54,944 nt of DNA from Prorocentrum cordatum (taxonomy: Eukaryota), in the NCBI GenBank assembly GCA_963575745.1, contig CAUYUJ010000196.1, positions 62,001 to 116,944 on the forward strand. The letters run 5' to 3'. Of this stretch, positions 9,874 through 27,399 are shown piece by piece; the stretch's first letter is position 1, and each line of letters opens with the position of its first letter. A model generated the notes under the pieces. That model did no database searches. It saw only the letters and a list, made by a program, of their open reading frames with translations, and was not told where the DNA came from. The position numbers and the translations under genes were made by a program.

Positions 9874-10120
9874 TGGCTGGCCCCCTCTGATATCCTGTCC
9901 TTCCCCCCATCGTCATGAATCCACCTCCCACTTCTGAGCCAAGGGGGTTCGGCCCAGCCCTCCCCTGACGCTGCCAGCAACTCTCATCGAGCAGCTAGAG
10001 ATGCCCACCGTCCCTGAGTTCGCCTCCTCCTCATCGGAGCAAGGCGGCATAGAGGAGTCAGATGACGAGGACAGGGAGCAAGCGGAGGCTAAGGAGGAGG
10101 AGGAGGGAGGAGGAAGCGAG

Positions 10121-10190
10121 TGGTGATGATGCTGATGGTATTATCGATGATGATGATGATGATGATGCTGATGATGGATGATGATTCTGC

Positions 10191-10248
<58 letters not shown>

Positions 10249-10925
10249 GGTGATAATTATGATGGTGCTGATGCTGGTGCCGTCGACAACGGTGACGTTA
10301 AGGATGTTGATGATGATGGTGGTGAAGATGAAGATGATGGTGGTGAGATTACAACGTCGATAATGAGAATGATCAGAATGATAATGATGACAATACAAAA
10401 TGCGAATGATAATGCTGATGCTGATGATGATGCCGACGCCGAGAACGACGAGGACGACGTCGGCGACGCTGACGGTGATGACGATGATGGCGATACCGAT
10501 GACGAGCCTAATGACGATGATGGTGATGATGATGATTGCTGATGATTATGATTATGATGTTGATGCTGATGACGATGCTTGTGATGACGATGGTGATGAT
10601 GGTCATGCTGCTGTTGCTGATGATGATGACGATGCTGATGATGATGATGCTGGTGATAATAAGAATGATACTGATAAGGATGATGATGATGCTGATGGTG
10701 ATGATGGTACCGCTCACGCTGACGCTGGCGCTGCTGGCGATGATGATGCTGATGACGATGGTGGTGCTGATGAGGTTGATGTGTATCTTCATGATGACGA
10801 TAACGATGATGATGCCGAAGGTACTGACGACGATGACGGGGACAATGACGATGAACGATAAGTGATGATTGATGGTCGTGATGACGATGAGTCTGGTGGT
10901 GGTGATGATGATAATGATGATAATG
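10121..10925 (+). repeat. Degenerate (GAT)n microsatellite
   Basis: About 800 bp of GAT with GAC/GGT/GCT variants. Confidence 0.95.
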
Positions 10926-13593
10926 CATGCGGTTCAGGATGAGTGGATCCGCTTGCCAATTCCACTCGCACTGCCCCCTGCACCTATTGACCTCGCCTCG
11001 CTTTCGCCCGTCATCTCTGACCCTGGTCGCCCTGTCTAGCGGATTGATCACCCACTTCCGCCAGCCACCACTCCCCCTCTTTCCCCTGTCGCTCTGCCCA
11101 GGAGGTGTTAGGAAGTCCTGGAAGGGGGGCTCAAGGAGGTTCTTGGAGGTCCGCTGTATCACTTGTCTTTCCTACTCCTTTCCCCCCTCTATAGATATAC
11201 CCATATATATGTACACACCTCTCTCTCTCTCTCTCTTTCCCGCCCCCATCTTCTTTGCTCCTCATATACAATCCTCTCCTCCCCTTCCTCCCCACACCGC
11301 ATCTCACGGACACATGGAAACGCGGCGTCGTGCAACGGGCAACACGCAGCGCCCAGCGGTAGACCAACGGCCATCCCCCTCTCACTCCCTTCTTACTATG
11401 GCCCGTTCAGCTCAAAGGCCGCCCTCGATCGCAGACCAATGGGATAGAACCGCTTGCAGAGTGGAATCGACCGAATCGACCCACCACCAGTGCAGGAGGG
11501 AAATCGCCCCTTAGGGGTGCATGATCGAGTCGATCGATTCCGCGCGCAGATGCCAGACATCGGCATGCATCCATCGCCAAACCATCGAGCCGCGGATGGC
11601 GAGGCGGTGCTCCGAAGATTGGCTCCTCAGCCACAGGGTGCCCAACGGGGGGCCAGTCGAGGAACCTGTACCGCCGTCCTGGGGCTCCCTCTCTGGGCTG
11701 AGGCCGACAGAAGCCACCTTAGAAAACAAAACATGCCGAGCGAAAACCTGGACCACCTGACTGCACGCATCTCACACCGCGATGCGTGGTTCTCGTCGCG
11801 CCCTCGCGCCCTCGCGCCCTGGAGAAAGGCAAAGCCCTCAGGCCCATGCCGCGACGCGCGCAGCGCGAACACCTTCGCGCCCCTGGGGGTGGCCTAAGAT
11901 GCAGCTTCAAAGCCTCGTCGCTCTGGAGGGCCATGGCCGCCCTCCTCGCCCCTCTCCTGCCCCCCTCCCCCGATGGCCCCCGAGAGGGCCGGGAGGCCCA
12001 GGACCCCCGCGACGAGCGCAGCTGCACGCAAAGCTGGGCTCTGCGCCAACAACGCCAAGCCCAGGCCACGCGCCTTGCCGCCTGCCCCTCCTCGCCCGTC
12101 TCTGCCCGCCCCCCGGTCTGGAAGGCTTCGTCTGGCGGCCATGTGATGTGGTTCCCCCTGCTGTGCACCGCACTGCTCGGGGCGGCTCGGGGAGGGGGTC
12201 GTGGCCATCCTCGCTGGAGGTGGCCCGCTGGAAGCGGTGGTGTCGCTCCTCCTCCCTTCGAGATCCTCGATCCTCGGCCCCCATCAAGAAACGACAACGA
12301 GCCGAACCCTGGACATGTCTGGGGATGCGTCCTAGCCAGAACTTCGAGGCGGATCCAGCCGAGGCGACGACGCCGAATGAGCCCCAGGACGCGCAAAAAT
12401 GGCGAACAACGTCCCAAAGGCTTCGAGCCTCGACCGAGCTGCACTTCCCCCTTCAGGAGGGGCATGCCCCGCACTCCCCCAGACCAGCGCGAACGGCGGC
12501 GTCCTCGTTCTCGGTGGCCGAGGACGGCCGGCGGTTCCAGGAGGGCTGGCCGGCGCCCTCAAGCGGGAGCGGGCGCTCTCTCCGAGTGAAGGGGTGGCCG
12601 GGGAGCATATTCAGCGCAGACTGCGCGCTCATCTGGCCCTGCTGTGTGCAGGGACGCGCCCATCAGGGCGGGACTGGCAAGGCCCTGCCGTGGCCCAGGA
12701 GGCCGCCCAGATGTGGCCAGAGTGATGGGGTCGGAGGTGCCACCGCACTGCCGATGCTCGGGTGACGTCAGGATTGAACGTCGGGCGCAGGGTCACGATT
12801 GTGTCCGGCCCCATCTACCCCGGCCCCCATTTGGGCGGCCTGGGGATGAGATAGGATTTACCCCGCGGCAAGAACACGAAAGCGGACTCAGGTCGTGGCC
12901 GACCTCGCGGTGTATAGCCTCTTGCAACCGGCCGCCGTACTGTCCGACCGACACCCTCTGGGCATGGGTGAATTAGCGGGTCAGCCCACGCAGGACAACC
13001 CCTGAGTCTCCCCCTTCGGGGATCGGACTATTGGCAATCGCAGCAGTATCACCTCGGCAGAAATAGCAGAGGCATCCATAAAACTGGATGGTACCAGTTC
13101 AACGCTCTGCAATTGATCAGGAACATGTTCAAGATAGTGTCCCCTTGCGCCCTCGTCCCCCCTCCCCCCCCTCCTCCCCCCCTTTTTTCCCTCCCCCCAA
13201 TTCCCCCCTCCCTCTAGTCCCATCTTCGGACGGGTCCAGAGGCTGATTTTGCGAGGACATTTCGTGTGAAAGACGCTCGTTTGGGGTGATCCTTGCGCTC
13301 GCCGTCATCCCTCGTCCTCGGTCTTCGTACGGCGATTGGTGGCCGCAGCTCGTCGTGCGCTGGGAATCTGGATGGTGTGCGTTCAGAAGACAAATCTGAA
13401 CACAACCGAGCCACACCTCAGAAGTATCCGATTTTCCAAGTGCGTGGGCTCCGATCGTCACTACCTTTTTGTTGCGCTCTTGGGAACTGAAGTTACGCCC
13501 CAAATATTTGCTGACGATTGCGGGGCCCCAACACGGCCGCAAAGGCGCCCCTCATGGTTCGACAGGTTCGGAGCCACTCGGCTACACTGGGAA

Positions 13594-16980
<3,387 letters not shown>

Positions 16981-16981
16981 A

Positions 16982-17019
16982 CGCAGCCGATGAGCAATCA
17001 ATGTGCGCCACCAATTACA
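16982..17019 (+). other. Conserved cap of (TAG)n block 2
   Basis: CGCAGCCGATGAGCAATCAATGTGCGCCACCAATTACA, near-identical to 15219-15255. Confidence 0.85.
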
Positions 17020-17785
17020 TTTTTTGTTCGGCGGGTCGGGAGCGGACCCCTTTCAGTCAAGAGTTAGGCGGAGGGCGCGAAGCCCTAATTGGGGAGACAA
17101 GGCGCGGGCGGGCAGGGCCTCAGGCGGCTGGAGGGTGCAGAGAACAGGCGGTGCCGAAGATCTTGCACAAGACAAGGTACGCCATGGACAGGAGCAGGGG
17201 GCGAAGTCCCAGAGGAAGAGTGGATTGGTGTTGCCGTCATCGGCACGCCAAGAACACCATCCTCGAGTGCTGCGTGGGGAGGGCCGCCACCAGTTACACA
17301 CGTGGAGCATCAGGAGTTGTATCATTCCTGTAGAAACTCAACGCACACTACTCGCGCACAGAAGAACGGGACCGAGCGAACCCGAGGGGACCGACAACGG
17401 AACCGAAACCGAGGAGGAACTGAGGGCCCGATGGACACGGGGAAGGAGGAAACGACAAGCATGCGACCCAGGGGACAGAACCAGCGAATCAAAACCGCAC
17501 TATGCGCTCCTGTCCGCTGTCCGTGCCTGGCGCACAACTCTATCATTTCCTGGTGCCACGGCTGCACAGCCGCGCTCAGATGCGCGACGCAAGGCCTGGC
17601 CGCACGTCCATCTCAACGAAAGAACTCCTGAACGACACTTGCCAAGACGTGCTGGCCGTCCTCCTGGTCCCAGAAATTGTGGTGGCTGGTCATCTCGTAT
17701 GGCGCGTCAAAGAACAACACAAACTCCGATTGGATGCGCTCCGTCCGCTCCAACAGAAGACGAGAGGACGTGCGATGAGAGCAGG

Positions 17786-18446
17786 TTACGTGAACCGTGA
17801 CTCCAACACGACGATCAACGCACGTCCGCCTCCGTCCAGGTCCACCTCGCCCTCCTCATCCACCATCTCGTGGCAACTGTGGTTGATGGCAATCTCCTCC
17901 CCGACTTTGATTTTACGTGCTGCCACCGCGTCGAGCACTGTACGTCGTAGTACATATTGGCCTCACATGAACGGTTACACATAATGTCGAAGGCATTACA
18001 CAGTACGGTCCAGTCGGCGCACATCCCGCTGTGCTCCGAGGGCGTGATAGGCACGGTAAGGCCCTCAGGAGGCAGGCTCGTCCCGAAAAGGTGCATGTCC
18101 ACATAATCTGCGATCTTCTCGGGGTGCCACGGTCGCGAGGCCAGGGTAATGAAATATACTTTTGGACCGCCTCGCCCTTTCTAAAGTTGGCGTCCGAGTA
18201 CAAGCCGTAACCACCGTCGCCAGAGTCGAGGGTGTTGTCCCCAACAGGCTCCTTCAGGATCTGAATGCCCGCAGGCATCTGCGCCTTCAAATCGTAGGCG
18301 GCGAGGTGGCAATTGTCGTTGGCAGCAGGCATGGGCACCGAGGAATACTTGTTGTCCACCTCGCCATTCGTGGAGTTGGTGTCCGCGTACACGCCGTACC
18401 CACCGTCGCCAACGTCGTGGATGTCCACCCGATGGTCCTCGATCAT
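17786..18446 (-). pseudogene. SET-domain protein pseudogene (intronless, frameshifted)
   Basis: ATG at 18446 (MIEDHRVDIHDVGDGGYGVYA). SET N-motif GDGGYGLYSDANFRKGEAVQKY; second frame FDIMCNRSCEAN (NHSCxPN equivalent); third frame AVAARKIKVGEEIAINH (A.RDI..GEEIT..Y equivalent). The motifs are in the correct order. Confidence 0.72.
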
Positions 18447-18509
18447 CAGGGGCTCCGGGGGCTCGAAGGACGGTCGCGGGTACAGCGCCAAGATCGGGTA
18501 CTCCACGAA

Positions 18510-18535
18510 CTTGAGCCTGTAGTCAGTGGCAACGG
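18510..18535 (-). other. Possible degenerate DinoSL relic upstream of the SET pseudogene
   Basis: The minus strand reads CCGTTGCCA-CTGACTACA-GGCTCAAG versus DinoSL CCGTAGCCA-TTTT-GGCTCAAG. It lies 63 nt before the ATG. Confidence 0.45.
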
Positions 18536-21500
18536 CCACCGCCTTCGCGAAAAAGACGCGAAAAAGACGAAGATGGGCTCTGGATCCAGACCAGGTGGAG
18601 GACCAGCCGCGCCATGGCGAAGGAGACGAAGGCGCCGTCGGTGACGATGGCACTGGGCCCGCGAGCGCCCACCCGCAGGGGCGCCGCAATCAGAGGCCTC
18701 CATCCCCAGCTCGTCGCCAGCGCCCCGAGCAGCCAGCGTGCCAGCCTCCCCCTGCGGGGGGGCACCCAGGGCGTCAGCGCGCTCGCAAGGCCACGGCTGC
18801 CCCCGTCGCGCGGTCGTGCCGATCGGCAAGGCCACCTCTGGAAGGGGGGCCTGTGCCGCTGCGGCGGCTTGGGAGGAGGAGGAGGAGGAGGAGAAGGATG
18901 AGGATGAGGAGGAAGGGGAGGTGGACGAGGAGGGGCCAGTGATGGCGAGGAAGACGAGGAGGACGCGAAGGGAGGAGGCGGCATGTGGAGCAGGAAGTGC
19001 ACCAGGCAGGCCCAGAAGGACTACGCTCCGACCTGGCGGCGGCGACAGCGGCGCCCTGGCGGCGACGGCGGCATCCTGACGTCGGCGCCCTGACGGCGGC
19101 GGCGGCTCCGCCGTGGCGGCGGCGGCGGCTCTGCTCTGGCGGAGACGACGGCGGCGGCTCCGCCACGGCAGCGGCGGCGGCCCCTGGCGGCGGCGGCCGC
19201 TCCGCCTGCGAAGGCGCACGGGCCGCTGGCTCCGCGCCGACTCCGCGCCCGACGGGGCGGTAGCCCGCGGAGCCCTGCCGGGTTGCGGCCTGCGCCGGTC
19301 GGGGGCGGCGAGCCCCGCTGGGCCCTCCATGGACCGTCATCGTCATGATCGTCGCCTCCGCCATGGGCGTCGCCGGTGCCGACGTCGGCGTCGTCGTCGT
19401 CGACGGGGGTGGCGGCGTCGTCGACGCTGGCGTCGTTGTCGCCGCTGCCGCAACCTTCGGCGTCGTTGCCACCGCATGACGTCAGCGTTGTGGTCGGCGC
19501 CACCCGCGACCGCCGTGAACGTCAGCGCCTGCGGTGCTGCCATCGCCATTTGTTGTCGTTATCGTTGTAGCTCTCTCGTGGATACCCCAAGCTCGCCTGC
19601 TCGTTTTGATCCGGGCGTCAACGCCATCCAAAGGTCGTCTCCGGGCTGCGCCCTCACACCCCCGCGCCGTGGGAAATGGCCCCCGCGCAACGCGGTGCCT
19701 GGGTGAAGTGGAAATGTGGATTTCTGATGTCTCGCCTTAGTTCTGGCGGCTCGGACAAGGCATGCGTCTGAGCCCGGCATCGAGGCGGCCCCAAGAGACA
19801 ATCTGGTGTAGGATGGATGGCGAGAAAATTGCAATCAACAAGAATACTAATGCAACACACCGCAGCGGCGGCAGAGGCGAAACCGATAATGGTGAGTGTC
19901 GGCTAATTACCCCACCCCCACTGGACCCACAGAAACTGAAAATGATTGGGTCATTGTTTCGAAAGCCGAGTTTGACATTAGCTCTAGCGCCCAAGGGGTC
20001 CCTTGAATGAGCCCTGGGAAAGACCCGACGACACCCCGCGCCCTCCTCCCGCCCTCCCCTGCCCTCCCTGTACCTTCCCTCGCTCCCTCGCTTCCCCCCC
20101 CTGCAATTTGTTGGGTTGTCTGCAGGCCCGCCTGTAATGGCGTCCCGAAAATGCTGGCCAACGCGATATAGTTAGTATGGCGCCGCGCGGGTGGGGTATA
20201 ATGATGCAACGAAAAAGGTCTGATTATATACCCCACGTGCGAATATACCCCACCCGCGGAAGGATAAGTTCGAAGGCGGCGCGGACGCTGGAGGTCCGTC
20301 GTGGACTGCTCCGCCTGGAGAGCCCAGGTACTCCTAATTTTGCAGGAAAGACTGAGAAGAACGAAATACTGGTCCACGTTTTACGCGATGCACTTGTCAT
20401 GCGACGCGCGGGGGCAAATTAACGCATTTCGCTCTGCAAAGGCACAAGGGACCGAAATACGACTTGCACAATCATAAAATCCACCCCGAACGCGTACATG
20501 CCTGGGGGTGGGTATCTTGGACCCGGAAATGGTGATGCGGTAACCGCGCGCCGCGAGCCGACGCCACGCAATGCGAGCCACTGGTGCGCACGGGCACGAG
20601 AAACTCGTGCCTTTGTCTGCCCAGGTCACGAATGTCCTTGTCTCCTTGCGCATTTTTTGCAGAGCCTGCCTTCCTTGGCCGAGTCTGGTTACAACCCGTG
20701 GTTTTCCAGGCATGCAAGCGTGATCCCGTTATCTTCGGCAATATTCTTCGTAGCATCATCCAATGTATCACTTGAGGAGTTGAGGTGGTCGTCTACGTGG
20801 AGACCACCCATCTCCCGATCCCGGTCGTGATGACATCGACATAGATCTGCCAGACATCACAGACCACAGACCAACCAATCTCACCCAATGCATGTAAAGA
20901 ACATTCGGTCTGCCGCGCTTCGAACACAATCTCTAAGTACATGTACCGTGGGTCAACCACCACGGCGTGCACGGACCACCTCTGAAGAGGATCGCGATCG
21001 CTCCGCTTGCTCTTCGCGTGTCTTCTTCCCACTCCCGTGTAATCCTCGGCCTCAAGAATGAGATCATATGACCGGCCATTCCCAAGTCAGATGTCCCGCT
21101 ATGCAGCTTGAAAACACCTGGGCTCGGCCAGACATTCGCCCCGGTGAGCGGCGAGTGCCGCAGGAGCGAGCCTCGGTGACCACTTCTGCCCCGAGCTGAC
21201 CCCAACAGCCGGCGCAAGCGGCCCGTGGCACCCTGCCAGCACAATCGCGCGAGCGGCGGCGCTCCACACACCACAGGCGCGAAGCTCAAAAGAGAGGGGG
21301 GCTGGGATTTGGAGAGGGTGCAGAAAGGAAACATATCTGGGAATAGATGGGAGGTAATAGGTGGGAGAGAAGAACAGGGTGGAGGAGGGGGAAGCAGATG
21401 GAGACCGCCTCCACTCGTGGTCTTGAGAAGCTGGATACATCGGAAAACGGCGCCCAGTCGAAAAGAGAGGGGTCTGAATGCTGGCGAGACCTCAGGAGTG

Positions 21501-23559
21501 CCGCCCGAAAACCGAAAGGTGCAAGGGGTATTCACAGGAAGGCGCGGTAAGGATGCAAGGCCCTTGGACACCCAAGGTGAAGCATATTTGGGGGTGCTGG
21601 TCAGCGGAACAGGCCAAGGATAGCCGAGGGGCAAGGATGCCAGGGCACCCTTGGCAAGCTACTCATCCTCACGATGTGGTCTGACTGCGGGAGCAGGGAG
21701 AAGAGCGAGGGAAGGATGAGGGAGGAGGCCTTCAGGAATTCTTGGGGGAATGCTCAATCATAAACGCCCACATAAGCAGAGCTATGCTTTCGAAGGTCCG
21801 CGCGAATCTATTGGATCTGCGTTGACCCTAACCTGGCAGCGCTTTTGGCGCCACCCCTGGAGCGCTCCGCGCGCCAGGGAGTGGGAACCAGCGCACATCC
21901 AAGAAATCGGACCTTCGAACGTTGATGCTTACGCCATGTGTTTTTATTAATTCAAGAGTTGGGGAAGCGACGCGGATGGTGGGCGCACTCATGAATTTCT
22001 GGCTCCCCGCGAGGTGCAGACACTTCGCGCCACCCGTGGAACCGGCATGATGGACTATCCGGATGCCCTGGGTATGACGGCGCGCCACTCTCTCCGAGCG
22101 GACTGGGGCCACTTGGAAACGACTCGGGGTCGAGGAGACGGGGCGCAAGATCGTGGTCGCTCTACTCGGCTTGAGCCCGACTGCTCCTCCGACGATTACT
22201 CGCAGTCAGAACCAACTTTGGAGCAGAACGACCTGGGACGTCCCCGCACATCTTATCCGCCAGCGCTGGACGCCTCACCCACCACCCCAGCTCGGCGCCT
22301 CCGACGCGATCCGCGCGCCGGGGAGGTGTGGCCACCGCCGGCGGAGAGATCGCCCGCGAACGCCCCAAGTTTACGTGCGTGCGGTCGTCTGCTTCTCTGC
22401 GCAGCCGCCCCTGACCCGCCGAGCCAGGCGGCCTCTCGCTTGAGGTCGGTCACCCATATGCCGTACTGCGACCCCTCGGTGCTTATGGCGAGCAGCTTCT
22501 CCTGCTGAGGGAGCAGGAAGAGCAGGAAGAGGGAGTCCTCCCTCTCGTGATCGTCGCCCTCCCCCCCCCCTGCGAGCTCGCTTGTCCTGTGCCAAGACGC
22601 CGCCACCGCGACGACGACGCCAACGTCAACGACGACGACGACGAGACTGGCCATGCCAACGGCCACGACGACGATCATGACGACGACGACGACAACCACG
22701 ACTACGACGACAGCGACGACGACACGCGCCGTCCTCTGGGAGGCACAACCTGCAGTCCTGCAAATTCCTCCAGTCCGCCGGCACCTCGTCCTCTTCGGGC
22801 GCGCGCGGCGGCGGGTGGTCCGCGGCTGGGAGCACAGCCCCTCTTGCAAATCAGATCGGGGGCGTCTTGAGCACAGCGCCCCGACCTTACTTCCAAGGGT
22901 CGCGAGCCTGTGCGGCCCCCCCCCCCCGAACGTGTTGCAGCCTGGATTCGGTTGGGCGGCGCGCTGCCCCACCGATGTCGGGTGCTCCGAAGCAGGGGTC
23001 CTGGAAGAGGGGGGGCTAGCTAAGCGCATCATAGTCCGAGGTATGTGCGCGGACGAGGTGGGGGGGCCAGGGAACAGATCGAAAGGAGAAGAAGAAGAAG
23101 AAGAAGAAGAAGAAGAAGAAGAAGAAGAGGGCACCATGAATTCTGGGAGATCTTGTGGCCCTGGCCATGATACTCAACCCCATCTGGTCCTCACCCCCAT
23201 CATCTTGGGGCAGAGAGGATAATCAAACACATCTTAGTCAGCGTGGACCCAGAACGGTGCGCTGTTGCACTGTGGAGGCGAAGCTACGCGGTGTAAGCTA
23301 CGCAGCCTCAGCATAGTCCAGTGAACGACGCCCACGAGCCGCCCACACGGCGGCACGGGCGGCATCGTGGCGCAATCTCAGCATACTCCCCAAGCGCGGG
23401 GCGCCCGCGAGGCACCCAGGATGCGGCATGGGCGGCTGCGTGGCTCAACCTCGGCATGGCACTCCCAGCGAACGGAGGGCCCACCAGCCGCCCTCAAGGC
23501 AGCACCGGCAACGTGAAAGCCCGGAATGCCAATCAATTACCTTCACGAAGCTAAGCACA

Positions 23560-23800
23560 AACCCCTCAATGCAAGCACTGTTTGGGGAAATCGGGAAACC
23601 GAAAAACCTGTTGTTTTTCTAACGATTTGAAAGGTTTGCGCTGCCTGGGGCCTGGGGACGTGCTTGGGGCCGCTTGAAGCGTCTCCTGAGACATCTTGTG
23701 GTTTCCAAGGGGCCGTCCTGGAGACTTCTAGGAGGGTCCTGGGCCTTCCTCGGCCAGTTTAGCGGTCTCTGGGCATCCTCCTGGACCATCTTGGGAAACT
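23560..23800 (-). repeat. CCAAGACGGCC-family dispersed repeat, reverse orientation
   Basis: The plus strand shows GGGCCGTCCTGGAG / CCATCTTGGG-type units after an AT-rich AAAAACC..GTTTTT segment, as in 7905-8460, 43860-44170 and 54580-54944. Confidence 0.55.
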
Positions 23801-26800
23801 CTCCAGGCCAGAATAGCCGCCTGGAAACCGCAGAACGGGTCCCAGGCTCCTGCGGCGAAAGGGAGGAGGGGAATCTTAAAAGTGTGCTGCCGGGGTCCCA
23901 GGGACTGGACGCGACCTGTTGCATGCTACCTACAATTGCATGTGTATACACATACATGCATAGTACAGTCGGACTTAGGACATAATAACATCCTTCAATA
24001 ACACGAGACCCTCCGCTGGTCGAAACAAGAAACATTCGAGGGTACCCTCTCCAAAATGCACACGAACATGCGACAAACACGAACACCACTAAGGCACCCT
24101 CCCCGGATCGACCTCGATCGGTTCCTCGGTACGACCGTATACGTCGGCACTCGGGACAGGATGGTAACGTCACCTCCGCAGTCCTCCCTCGTCCCTCTGT
24201 GGGCCCACAGGCCCCTCCTCGAGGGCCCGGGGGCCCCCCCGCCCTTGATCTACTCCGATGCCCTGGGCGCCCGAGAACAGCCCCAGGAGGGCGAGGAGAG
24301 GGGGCAGGAGAGGGAGGGAAGGAGGCAGGGGAAGAGGGGGGCAGGAGAAGGGGGGGCCAGGAGAGGGGGCAGGAGAGGGAAAGGGCCAGGAGAGGGGTAC
24401 AGGAGAAGGGGGGCAGGAGAACAGTGACGACCGTGACGAGAGCGTGCTCCCGGGGTCTGGGGTCCTCCATCGCCCCTCCCCTCCCTCCGCGCGCCGCGCG
24501 TCCAGCGGGGCGTGGAGCGCGTCTTGGCCGTAGACCCGGAGGGCCCCGTGGTCGGCGCAGAGCACGCACTCGGCGGGGCCGGCAGGGGCGGGCGGCGAGG
24601 GCCGCGCGAGGGCGGCAGCGGGGTAGGGTCGGCTGCAGTCGTCGGGCTGCCACGAGGGGCGCTAAATACAGTCGAAACGCTGGCAAGAGGAACCCCAAAC
24701 TAAAGAAGGAACGAGGCCACCTCCCTTCAGAAGTTGAACTTCGATTTGACATAGACAGCCATGGGCAAACCTCAGAAAAGCAGTAAGACAATCAAGATAC
24801 ACTGAGCCCCTCCCCAACGCGAAGGGTTGTTCATTCAGCGACCCGACTGTGAGGAGTGGAGAGGCTCTTCTGGCCACGGCGAGCCGCCTCGGCCACGAGC
24901 GGGCTCCCCGACCCAGATCCCAGGAGCGGCCCGAACATCGGGGCCCCTCCTGAGGCCAAAGCGGTCGTCACTTCAGCGCCTTGGCTGTGCGGCAGCTTCG
25001 TGTCGTGGAGACGTCGGCGTTCGTCTCTGATGCCGCGCGGATCGTTCATAGGGAAAAGAAAATCCACCCCCACAATGACCACCCCGACAAGCGAAGCCGT
25101 TTAGTAAACGCACCCGGGGAAGGAATCGAACAGGGCAGGGGTCTTCAGTGAACGCCCAGGGCCGTCTAGTAAACGCCAATCATGGGTGTCGGGGTGGCTC
25201 TTCCTCCCTTGAGATCAAGCGTAAGCGGCCGCGGCGCCCCGACGGCGCAGGTCGTCCTTTGTCGGCCGATGCTGGGCCACGGGCGGCGTTCCACCTGGAA
25301 CGCCCACGGCTGGGCCGCCGCCGCGTCGACGCGGCAGAAACCTACCGTGGGCAAAGAGGGCCTTTAGTGCGCGGCCTGCCACTCCTTTGGGCACCGTTTC
25401 ACCGATCCCTCCCCCCACTGGTGAAGCCTGGGCCCCACTGGCCGATCTGACCCCCCAGATGGGGATGTGGGTTGTTCCCTTCGTGCCTCGAGGGGGTATA
25501 TCCCCAACTGATTCGTGAGATGGATGGGCTCGGGGGCCGCGCACCACGGGAGTAGTCGAGAGGAGCGCGGGGGAAGAGGATGGCTCGGGGTGGCGAGGAG
25601 GGGCCGTTATCACATCGTTTGAGGTCCTCTATTCCTGCTCGTCGTCCTAATTCTCCTCCTCGGGGGGGTGTGCAGCTGGGCCGCGAAAGCCTCTTTGCAC
25701 AATGGGGGCCACGCGATGTGGCGGGTTATCAGAGGGGGGTGGCGGTAAAACAACTGCACACAACCGGTCTTGCCAGCGCTTCGTGGAGCCGGAGGCAACC
25801 GTGTACCGAGGACAGCGCTAGGCGACGGGGCCAAAAGCAGTTGCATGGTTGCCCCGTGGTTGTCCTTTATGTATATCACAAGTAAGGAAGCCAATCTATG
25901 GATAGTAAGATCGAGGCGTACAATGGTAAAAGGCCGTTTACATGCCGTGACACCCGTAAGTTGAGGATATTGGTATGTATACATGCGTATACAAGCATGG
26001 ACATATTGATCGTGAGATCGGTGGATATGTTGTGATACCGCGAGGTCGTAATTTTGGCCAGTGCGTTGACAGCTGGCATCGTGTTGTGTTCGCAAAACCG
26101 ATATATCGCAAGTGCGCGCGTTGTTTCCCCGAAAGGTCGAGAACATCGGACAAAGTCAGAGTTGTTTTTTTGTTTGCCCTGGGGGTGAAAACTCAGCAGT
26201 GAACTCTGGCGATTGGAGTCGCTTGCCTGTTTTCTGGTGTTGGGGCTTCTGGGATTTTATTTACGAGATTACATGAAGTGATTGGATTGTCTCGAGGTGC
26301 TTGAATGCCCCTGGATCCTCCTTGGCGGCTATAATCTAGAGCCCCATTGAGTTGCATCGGTCTGGATTATGCGACATGGCTTCTGGAGTGGCGGAGAAGA
26401 CTCGCAACTCTGATGTTACCTGTGGTCAAAAGATGCGCCGCGTTAGTGGTTATGCTGTGGTGTCATGGGACTTCCAACCGTACCCCGCTTTGGACGCATA
26501 TTGAAGCTCTGCGTTTAAGATCCACGCCTGCCTGCGCGTTCATATGTCCCTTGCTGTTCCCCGTGGCGCCGTGATGCTGCGATACAAACCTGTAGTTCAA
26601 GGCCCATGGAGGGCCTAATGAATGTTGATCGACCTGCTTGGAAGTCGCAGGAGAACAGAGTGTGGAGATGCCGTGAAGTGCGCACAACTTGAGTTTGACC
26701 GGCGTCAACGCACACAAGGGTACTCGGAACCGAAACCAAAAACAATGCACTGCTGCGGAAGTGATCCCCAGCTCTCGCGCTGGCCACGATTGGCTTGCGC

Positions 26801-27399
26801 CTGGTGGGCGCAGGGACAGAGCAGTAGCTGCGCAGGAGCAGACCCTACCCAAGAAATGACTCATGAAACAAAATTGTCCGCATCACTGTCTTGCTTTTTG
26901 GGCGATGATCCCGCCCCGCCTGCGCGACGTTGCTGTTGCCCTCAAGCGTGAAAGGCATCGCCCAGGCAGCCGCTCTCAGGGACATCCTCCGAGCGCGCGG
27001 TGACGAAGTCGGCCGCCATCTTAAGGGCTTGCCGACGCACGGCAAGCTGATGCCGCGACTGGGCGGTTGCAAAAGCACCCCCCGTCTGAGCCTGGGGAGC
27101 TTGAGATGGCCCAAAGGGCGCGCATCCCCGGTCCTTTGTCGCGCTTGGGTCGCAGCTCGAAAAGCTAACCGCGTCGGGCCCCAGGCCTGGTCAACGCAGA
27201 GTTTAGCCAGCGGTGCTAAGCATATCCGCAGGTAGACGACCTCGAGCTGGCCATGAGGCGCCTCCGTCCCGTTGCCGAACTGGAGGCGCTGCAGGCCCGC
27301 AGCATCGATGGCCAGGATCCTTTCTGCCTAAAAGCGCGTGTTTTTTATGCGACGCCGCCGTAGGAGTTAATGAATGGTCGCCCAGATCCCCAGCAACTC

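Noticed and set aside
10120..11162. Asp-, His- or Met-rich ORFs (likewise 43700-45624)
   Set aside because: These are translations of (GAT/CAT)n microsatellites.
20500..21050. Possible DIRS-type RT remnant (GLHVDD on the minus strand)
   Set aside because: Only one short motif is visible, with stops nearby. It cannot be supported without a profile search.
22169..22190. CTTGAGCC (reverse complement of the SL 3' end), also at 45903
   Set aside because: Only 8 nt match, and neither the rest of the DinoSL nor a downstream gene is present.
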